A stretch of DNA of 64,000 nucleotides, from positions 448,001-512,000 of the forward strand of contig CM000152.2 of assembly GCA_000004695.1 (NCBI GenBank). Direction: 5' to 3'. Source of the stretch: Dictyostelium discoideum (Eukaryota). The notes below the pieces were generated by a model that did no database searches, was not told the origin of the DNA, and saw only the letters and a program-made list of their open reading frames with translations. Below, piece after piece: positions 56,442 through 64,000 of this stretch (its first letter is position 1; each line of letters opens with the position of its first letter). Made by a program: the position numbers and the translations under genes.

Positions 56442-56775
56442 ATGGAAAATTTAAATACAACAAGTACGGCAGCATTAACTGGTATGACAAAACAAGAGAA
56501 TGATGCATCATATGCAGTTCTATTGATTGCAGATTTTACATCAATAATTGGTTGTACATTAGTTTTATTAGGTTTTTGGAGATTAAAATTACTTCGTAAT
56601 CATATTACAAAAATAATTACCTTTTTTTGTTCAACATCATTAGCCAAAGATTTAATATCAACAATTTTAACATTGATTGAAAAGAAACAATCAAATGGGT
56701 CATTCCAATGTTACCTTTACGCAACTGTTATCACTTATGGTTCATTGGCATGTTGGCTTTGGACATTATGTTTAT
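56442..56775 (+). CDS. cAR family GPCR, downstream copy, exon 1.
   Basis: [44 protein letters not shown]...[30 protein letters not shown] donor at 56776 (phase 1). Confidence 0.8.
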
Positions 56776-56843
56776 GTAAGTATTTGTTATAGAAATAAAA
56801 ATAATAAAAATAATAAAATAATTTTAAAAATTATGTTTAGAAA

Positions 56844-56881
<38 letters not shown>

Positions 56882-56940
56882 AATTTAATTTTTATTATTA
56901 TTTAATATTAATATTATTATTATTTCTATTACTTTTACAG

Positions 56941-57795
56941 CATTTAGTATTTATAATTTAATTGTAAAGAGAGAACCAGAGCCAGAGAAATTTGAAAAAT
57001 ATTATCATGTTTTTTGTTGGGTTGTACCATTTATAATGTCAGTGATAATGTTGTCAAAGGGTGTTATAGAGGTGACGGGTAATTGGTGTTGGATTGGTAA
57101 CACTTATGTTGGGTATAGATTTGGCTTGTTTTACGGACCATTTCTTGCAATTTGGTTCCTTGCTGCCGTGTTGGTTGGTTTGACTTCGAGGTATACCTAT
57201 AAGGTGATTAGAAGTAGTGTTAGTGATAATAAGGATAGACATATGACCTACCAATTCAAGTTAATCAATTATATAATTGTTTTCCTTTTATGTTGGGTGT
57301 TTGCTGTTATTAATCGTATTGTCAATGGCTTGAATATGTTTCCAGCTTGGGTTAGTATTCTTCACACCTATCTAAGTGTATCGCATGGTTTCTATGCTTC
57401 GGTGACTTTTATCTATAATAATCCATTGATGTGGAGATATTTAGCATCAATAATTTTAATTCCATTCACAAAGTTTGGTTATTTTGTTGAAACTCAACAA
57501 AGATTAGAAAAAAATAAAAATAATAATAATCATTCACCAGTTGGGTTATCAAATAATGCTCAAAATAATAATCATCATCATAATCATAATAATAATCACA
57601 ATAATAATCATAATAATCATAATAACAATAATAATAACAATAATAGTGATTTCGTTAATAATGACTCAAGTAATTATTATACTGCTTCAATGATTGAATC
57701 ATTCTCTGTTCAAAATGAAAATTCAAAATCTATAAATGGTGCTGATAATTTTAAACAAAATGGTGCAAGTCAACAAGATGATAAAGATTCTCCAA

Positions 57796-57878
<83 letters not shown>

Positions 57879-58079
57879 TATAATAATAAAGATATTGAAC
57901 CAATTGACAATTGTAATACTAATTCCATACCAATGGATAATATTGCCACTAGAATTGAAATACCTCCACAACATCCAACATTAACTCCTCAACAATCATT
58001 ACAAGAAATTAATTTAAATGATGACGACAACAAAATTAATACTCACCAAAGTAACAAAAAAAAAGATTCAAATGTTTAA
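56941..58079 (+). CDS. cAR family GPCR, downstream copy, exon 2 (TM4-7 plus N/H-rich tail).
   Basis: Acceptor TTTTACAG at 56939-56940. In frame with ORF 57036..58079. The core is ~85% identical to the upstream copy, and the C-tails diverge. Confidence 0.8.
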
Positions 58080-58381
58080 AAAAAAAAAAAAAATCCAAGA
58101 GTTTGAAAAAAAAAAAAAAAAAAAAGATCCAAGTGTTTAAAAAAAAAAAATAAATAAAAAAAATAAAAAAAATAAAAATAAATTATTTATGTACTTCGAA
58201 TAATATGTATTCTCAAAAAACTTATTTTGATTTTAAAGAACAACGTGAAGAGGATGAAATTTTAAATAAAATAGATTTTGACCAAGAAACAAAATCGGCA
58301 AGGAAATTTTGATTTTCATTAGCCAGCTTGGCCCGATAGTAATTTAAAAATATCAAGCCAAAAAAAATTTGATTTTCATCA

Positions 58382-58464
58382 GCCGGCTTTGGCGCAATGG
58401 TAGCGCGATTGACTGTAGTAATATTAGTGATCAATCGGTTGCTAGTTCGAATCTGGCAAGCCGG
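58382..58464 (+). tRNA. tRNA-Tyr(GUA): tRNA-Tyr (anticodon GUA) with an 11-nt intron (58418..58428).
   Basis: Hand-folded cloverleaf: acceptor CCGGCTT/AAGCCGG, D-stem GCGC/GCGC with loop AATGGTA, anticodon stem ATTGA/TCAAT, loop CT-GTA-G then an intron after position 37, T-stem GCTAG/CTGGC with loop TTCGAAT, discriminator A, followed by TTTT. Confidence 0.85.
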
Positions 58465-58485
58465 ACTTTTCGTAAAAAAAATTAA

Positions 58486-58502
58486 AGTCGAGGGTTCGAT
58501 TC
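58486..58502 (+). promoter_or_regulatory. Putative external B box (GTCGAGGGTTCGATTCT) downstream of the tRNA gene.
   Basis: B-box-like GGTTCGA.TC about 25 nt after the tRNA terminator. This is known for Dictyostelium tRNA genes. Confidence 0.45.
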
Positions 58503-58509
58503 TTTAAAT

Positions 58510-60715
58510 ATCCAATTTGATTCTATCTCTCATGATAGTATTAAAAGAACATAAATTCATATTGGTATACCAATTAAATTAATAAATTTAATCCACAAGC
58601 TATTATCTGACTCACAAGCAAAAATTTCAATTAATGGTAAAACGACCAGAAAATTCGATATTAAAAGAGGTGTAAAACAAGGCGACCCAATCTCGGCCAC
58701 TTTATTTGTAATTGTAATTGAAATATTAGCAAGAACAATAAATGCAGACAATTCAATAATTGGATTACCAATTTCACCCAATCCACAAATTAAAATCAAA
58801 TTTACCCAATTTGCAGACGACTCTACAACATACAACATCAACTACGAACAACAACAACAATCAATCAAACATTTCCATAATTTCTGCGCTTCAACATCAT
58901 CATCATTAAATTTTGACAAAAGTGCAATAATAGAAATCAACCCCCACAAAATCACTGATAAACACATAATAAACAACATTCCACAATCAAAAAGAATACC
59001 AATTACCAAAAAAGATCAATCAGAAAGAGTTCTTGGCTATTTCTTTAATCATAATGGTTTACATAGGAAATTACCAGAAACAATGAAAACACTGATCAAA
59101 TCATTAGTACTATGGAAAACTAGTGGCACAACATTAAAAACAAAAACAACCATCATAAACACCTACTCACTATCACCAATAACATATTTATCATACCTTG
59201 AAGAATTTACAAAAGATGAAGAAATTCAAATTAATAAATTAATCTCATGGTTTATGAATTCTCCCGCAAATTCTGAATCACCAACTCTCAATACCAATTC
59301 CATTGAAAACAACACATCAACCATCCATTCACGTGCAAAAATACCTTTGATGTGTTATGATAGATCATTAAAACCATTAAAAGAAGGTGGTTGGGGTATG
59401 TGGAATATACAATTACGACAAGTTGCTCAAAAGATTTGGATATACAACAGATTTTTACAAATGCATAAATCTGCAAACAATTCAATATACATGATAAGTT
59501 GGATGGATCAAATCATCAACAAATCAATCTCTTCTCCATACCTTATAAAAATCAAAAAAGAATGGGAAAACTATGCAACTCAAATTGGACATCTAAAAGA
59601 TAAAGTTCAAACCCTACAACCAATATTAACAAAAAACCAAACCTCTCAAACATTAAACACAAATAATATTTCACTACCACCAACACTCAAAGAAATCTAC
59701 TCGAAAATACTCAACAATCACCAATGCAAATCAAAAGACTATATTGACAAGAAATATTCAGATCTACTTCTTAATTCGCACCAACAATCAATACAACTAT
59801 TATGGAAATACACTTACGACCAACTTTTTGTCAAAATTCAAAAATTAAAAGATCCAAAAGGCCGTGATACAATGCAAAGATTCCATGCTAGATTTCTTCC
59901 AATTAATCATCTACACAACAAAGTTTGCCCCATTTGCAACAATGAAATGAATAATGATCCCTATGGTCATTTGTTTTTCAATTGTCAACACACAATCAAC
60001 TTCATAAACCACGAAAAATTAAAATATTTTATATATAAAAATTGCAATGGAAACAAAAACTGGTCACTAACAAAAAACCAAACAACAAAATTATACACAC
60101 TCATTTATAAACCACAAACAAACAACAAAGCATTTAAACCAGATCCAACTATCAATATAAATTTTCATTTTGCAGAAAACGCACAATATAAAAAATACAG
60201 GTTCAACTGGAATTATATAAACACAAATCTTGATCTAGTCAGAACACATGCATATTGGAACATAATCTCATTAGTTATTCACCAAATATGGATATGGTTA
60301 TGCAAATCATTATTTGACATCAATATAACTCAATCAATTGACAATTGGAACAACCAAATAAACAACACAACACTAGATTATGATATATTAAAATCAAAAT
60401 GGCACAAGCTAATAAGATTGGAATATTCAAGAACATTATCAAACTTTAACCAATACTCAATTAAAAACAACCTCACAAAAACTCAAAAAGAAACCCAATG
60501 GTCCGAAACCATCAAAAAATTTAAAAAAGAATGGAGCATAAACACAAATGAACCAATTCCAACAATTACACCACCAATTAATTATTAATTGCCTAATCTA
60601 AAATAACATACCATTTTAAATTCACAAAAACTAAAAAACCTAAAATAAATAAATAAAAATAACATACTAATTGTATACTACAATAGTTTATTTATATCAA
60701 AAAAAAAAAAAAAAT
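58510..60715 (+). mobile_element. 5'-truncated tRNA-gene-targeted non-LTR retrotransposon (TRE3-like) with an oligo-A tail.
   Basis: It begins ~50 bp downstream of tRNA-Tyr and encodes the RT C-terminal half plus a CCHC knuckle. The A16 tract at ~60699-60714 ends it. The island is GC-richer than its surroundings. Confidence 0.65.
58555..60588 (+). CDS. Partial ORF2 of the retrotransposon (reverse transcriptase motifs from RGVKQGDPISATLF and FADDS onward, then a Cys/His knuckle CPICNNE...HLFFNCQH).
   Basis: Open frame from the stop at 58552-58554 through ORF 59083..60588. There is no N-terminal RT or endonuclease portion, so it is 5' truncated. Confidence 0.65.
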   Translation: MHIGIPIKLINLIHKLLSDSQAKISINGKTTRKFDIKRGVKQGDPISATLFVIVIEILARTINADNSIIGLPISPNPQIKIKFTQFADDSTTYNINYEQQQQSIKHFHNFCASTSSSLNFDKSAIIEINPHKITDKHIINNIPQSKRIPITKKDQSERVLGYFFNHNGLHRKLPETMKTLIKSLVLWKTSGTTLKTKTTIINTYSLSPITYLSYLEEFTKDEEIQINKLISWFMNSPANSESPTLNTNSIENNTSTIHSRAKIPLMCYDRSLKPLKEGGWGMWNIQLRQVAQKIWIYNRFLQMHKSANNSIYMISWMDQIINKSISSPYLIKIKKEWENYATQIGHLKDKVQTLQPILTKNQTSQTLNTNNISLPPTLKEIYSKILNNHQCKSKDYIDKKYSDLLLNSHQQSIQLLWKYTYDQLFVKIQKLKDPKGRDTMQRFHARFLPINHLHNKVCPICNNEMNNDPYGHLFFNCQHTINFINHEKLKYFIYKNCNGNKNWSLTKNQTTKLYTLIYKPQTNNKAFKPDPTININFHFAENAQYKKYRFNWNYINTNLDLVRTHAYWNIISLVIHQIWIWLCKSLFDINITQSIDNWNNQINNTTLDYDILKSKWHKLIRLEYSRTLSNFNQYSIKNNLTKTQKETQWSETIKKFKKEWSINTNEPIPTITPPINY

Positions 60716-60744
60716 ACCCAATTCCGAGAACATCTAATTCCATC

Positions 60745-60955
60745 GTCTATTAATAAAACTATTAATTATTGCTAACTTCCTTTACTGGATAAAGGTGTTT
60801 AATTAAAATTTCTAAAAAAATCATCCAAAATCAATATCAATCATTTTTGTCAATCCAAATATATCCAAATATAAGAAGTTCCTGAAACAATTAATAATTG
60901 TTTTTTTCCTTTAATGGATAAACACTGGTTAATCAACTAATCTAAAAAAATTAAA
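60745..60955 (+). repeat. Two diverged ~70-bp direct repeats just 3' of the retroelement poly-A.
   Basis: ctattaattattgctaacttcctttactggataaaggtgtttaattaaaatttctaaaaaaat vs caattaataattgtttttttcctttaatggataaacactggttaatcaactaatctaaaaaaatt. Confidence 0.4.
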
Positions 60956-61754
60956 TATATTCAAAAAACAATGGATACATTAATTTTTTTATTTTTTTAT
61001 TTTATATAATTTTGTGTATTTTTGGGTGCTCTATATTTATATATTAAATTCTTGTAAAATAAATTAATTTGTTAAAAAAAAAAATAAAATAAAAATAAAA
61101 AAAAAAAAATTAAAATATTTTTATTAACAATTCCCCAAACCAAAAAAAAAAAAAAAAAAAAAAAATTTCATCAATAAAAGAAGACTTTGAACCATTAAAA
61201 AATAATAAATATCATAAAATTTTAATTTTTTTATTTTAATATGATAAAAGATTTTAACGAATCAAACATAAGAAATATAAGATCGTCAGGCATTAGCACC
61301 AAAAAGTTAGAAGACTTTTTTTCGTAAGAAGGAATATAAATAAAAAAATAAAAAAAAAATAAGAAAAAAAAGTTCAAAACAATTTTATATTTACCAATTA
61401 TTATTATTTTAAAAAAAAAAATAAAAAAAAAAATAAATAATATTAAAAAGTATTAACCAATATCCAAATAAAAATGAAATAAAAGATTTTGCAAATTACT
61501 ACCAATGTGATGAAACCAAAATAAAAAATTGGTTCAAAGGAAAGAGAGACCGTTTAAAAAAAAAGTCATCAAATAATGAAAAGAGTGGAAATAAGTTTTA
61601 TTTTAAATGATTAATTAAAATATATGTATATATAAAAATAAAATAAAAAATAAAAAAAAATAAAAAAAAAGCTTTTAAAAACATTTTATATAATATTAAG
61701 TCTATAGAAAGTGAGTAAATATACAAAAGTTTTAATTATTTTATTTAATTATTT

Positions 61755-61788
<34 letters not shown>

Positions 61789-61793
<5 letters not shown>

Positions 61794-62269
61794 CTTTTTT
61801 ATCATCGTCATCATTATTATTATTATTATCAATTAAAGTTGGTTGCTCGAGTACAGCCAAAGAATATTTTGAATGTTGATGACTTGGATATTTGATGATA
61901 TGACAAGTTGTTGGATCAAATGATCTAATCTCCATGATAGTTGAGAGGAGTACAGGATCAACAGGATTTAATAGATTTTGAATATTTTGAGCAATCTCTG
62001 AGAAATCCACAGCATCTAAATTTGGATTTCTAAAAATTGATTGTGAGGTATTATTTGGTTTAAAAGAGTAACAAAGAAAAGATATCATCAATATGAATAT
62101 TGGTTCTGATAAAGTGAATGCCAACCAATATAAAGACCATACCATCACAATTCTTAAACTATTTACAAATAAAATCGCACCTAAATATAAAACTACTGAA
62201 GTTCTTAAATTTGTAAAAACTCTTTTCTTTTCTGATAAATTATTTACTTGTTCTAAATTATTAATATAC
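61789..62269 (-). CDS. LUSTR/GPR107-like 7TM protein, exon 3 (TM5-TM7 plus an acidic tail).
   Basis: Acceptor TATATAG at 62271-62270. The phase-2 junction (AG+G=Arg) is in frame with ORF 61789..62148. Confidence 0.45.
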
Positions 62270-62358
62270 CTATATACATATATTTTAAAATAAAATTTTT
62301 ATTTGTTAAAAATTATAATAATTATAATTATAATTATAATTATAATAATAAAACTTAC

Positions 62359-62740
62359 CTTGATAAAATTGAATGAGAATAAAGAATTCTTAAATTCTTT
62401 GTAATATTTGTAAATATTTTTGGCATCATAAAAAAGTAAAGAATCATTAAACTAAGGAAATAATAAATATCATTATAGAACCTAAAAAATAATAAAACAC
62501 CACAAAGGAAGAATCCTACCACAAAAATTGCCTTTAATTCTGATCTTGATAAAGTTTGTCTTGTTACTCTTAATCCCCTTGATAATATAAATAAAGTAAG
62601 GAAAAATGCTGTTTCTGAAAAGGAATAAAATATATTTTGAATATACCATAATGCCATACTATAAGTACCAAGATTATTTGCATCTGTCCAAAACGAATAT
62701 TGAACGATAATTAATATTAATTTTAAAACTAATACAATAT
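62359..62740 (-). CDS. LUSTR/GPR107-like 7TM protein, exon 2 (TM2-TM4).
   Basis: Acceptor AAAATAG at 62742-62741. The phase-1 junction is in frame with ORF 62355..62657. The GGTAAGT donor coincides with the ORF stop. Confidence 0.45.
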
Positions 62741-62824
62741 CTATTTTTTTAAAAATAAAATTTTTATGTTAGAATAAAATTATAAATTTATTATTATTAA
62801 TAATATTATTTTTATAATACATAC

Positions 62825-63275
62825 ATAAAACAATATGTAAAATATTTAAAGAACTTTTATGACAATACCAAAATATTGTAACAGTAAAAAATAAACAACA
62901 AAATATTATCATAATATAACGATAGAGTAGAGGTAATTGAAGGTAACCTTTCTCCAATTGACCATTTCTATTTGTTAGGGTGAATGACATATCAATGGAA
63001 GCAGTTCTAGTATCTGTACATTTTAAAATGATAACTCTATACATATCGGAATCTGGTATATCAAATGTACCTTTAAAACCTTGATATAATGGAATATTAT
63101 TTATTGGACAATTTGATAAAGTTGCTGTACCATCGCATAATTTAGTTTCAATTGTATTGGTTGGTGTTGAACCAATTACTGATTGATAATCTCTATCTTG
63201 ACATATCCATAGTGTAATATTATTAATTGGTATTATTACACCACCTGTACTACCTGTATAAACTGGTGAAGTATT

Positions 63276-63306
<31 letters not shown>

Positions 63307-63581
63307 TTATTATTATTACCGCCCATTGTAGTAGTAGTATTATATAAAACAATTGTACCATCCAATTGAAGCTTCTTTATATTTATATCTGCAAATCCAT
63401 TACTATCATATCCATATTGTTCAACCATATAATAATTACCACTAAATGAAAACTCTCTATCATATATCATACAATTCCCTTTATCTAAAAATAATAACAA
63501 TATTATTGTTGTTATCAATATTATAAATTTTATACTATTACTACAAATTCTACTATTACTACAAATGTTTATTCTATTCAT
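62825..63581 (-). CDS. LUSTR/GPR107-like 7TM protein, exon 1 (signal peptide, lumenal domain, TM1).
   Basis: ORF 62769..63581 frame truncated at the GTATGT donor at 62824-62819. Confidence 0.45.
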
Positions 63582-64000
63582 TTTCTATTATTTATTGTTT
63601 TATTTATTTTCTTATTTATTTATCAGTTTGTTTTTTATTTCTATTTATTTGTATGTGTTTGGTGTATGTCTATTTATCTATTTGATATTCTATTTATTTG
63701 TTTATTTGTCTATTTATCTATTTGATGTTCTATTTATTTGTTTATTTGTTTATCTATTTTAAATTGCTAAAAAAAAAAACTATTGTTTTTTTTTTTATTT
63801 TTTTATTTTATTTATAAATCTATGGAGAGAAAAAAAAAAAAAAAAATTTTTATAGTATTTGTATTTTATTTCGAAAATTATTTAAAATCATGATCTTTTT
63901 ATTTTATATTTATTTATTTGTTGTTATTTTAAATTATCTTTTATAAACAATAATTATACATTAATTAAAAAAAAAATAAAAAATGAAGAAAAAAAATAAA

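Noticed and set aside
58557-58841. 94-aa minus-strand ORF inside the retrotransposon.
   Set aside because: It is antisense to the reverse-transcriptase reading frame, which has clear RT motifs.

Overview
The window is nuclear genomic DNA from a dictyostelid social amoeba, most like Dictyostelium discoideum. It is about 78% A+T, with long homopolymer and (AAT)n/(CAA)n tracts, poly-N/poly-Q coding regions, and short AT-rich GT..AG introns (consensus GTAAGT). This is a eukaryotic window, so there are no operons or CRISPR arrays. All exon/intron models below were spliced by eye from the ORF track plus GT/AG inspection. The ORF-track coordinates are authoritative and my splice coordinates may be off by 1-2 nt.

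I can support about 20 protein-coding genes:
- A large multi-exon poly-N/Q protein (708..6535, minus strand) carrying a tandemly duplicated two-exon Cys/His module.
- A CARMIL/LRRC16-family LRR protein (11553..13950).
- An SLC35-type nucleotide-sugar transporter (14648..16104).
- Two proteins sharing an FNIP-repeat-type N-terminus (16388..18406 and 29809..31848).
- A coiled-coil/prion-like N/Q protein (19909..22077).
- An XRCC4 homolog (23524..25001).
- eIF1A (25946..25538, with a possible terminal micro-exon).
- A poly-Q protein with a C-terminal SUMO-like domain (27574..29682).
- Two 7TM proteins with signal peptides and lumenal N-terminal domains (33110..34678 and 61789..63581).
- A giant Cys-rich glycoprotein ending in a 7TM block (36147..42075, three exons in my model).
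- Two divergent CAAX-less Ras-like GTPases (43519..44327 and 53817..54425).
- An N-rich protein with a C-terminal Cys/His domain (44709..46218).
- Two tandem cAMP-receptor (cAR)-family GPCR genes (50291..51717 and 56442..58079), flanking an IPT/TIG membrane protein and the second GTPase.

Non-coding and mobile content:
- A tRNA-Tyr(GUA) gene with an 11-nt intron and a downstream external B box.
- Immediately downstream of it, a 5'-truncated non-LTR retrotransposon (RT C-terminus plus CCHC ORF, with an oligo-A tail). This is the classic tRNA-targeted TRE arrangement.
- At 46935..48060, a compact (~1.1 kb) DIRS-like element. It has ~174-bp near-perfect terminal inverted repeats, a tyrosine-recombinase-like ORF, and an internal region exactly complementary to the sequence just outside the right terminal repeat.
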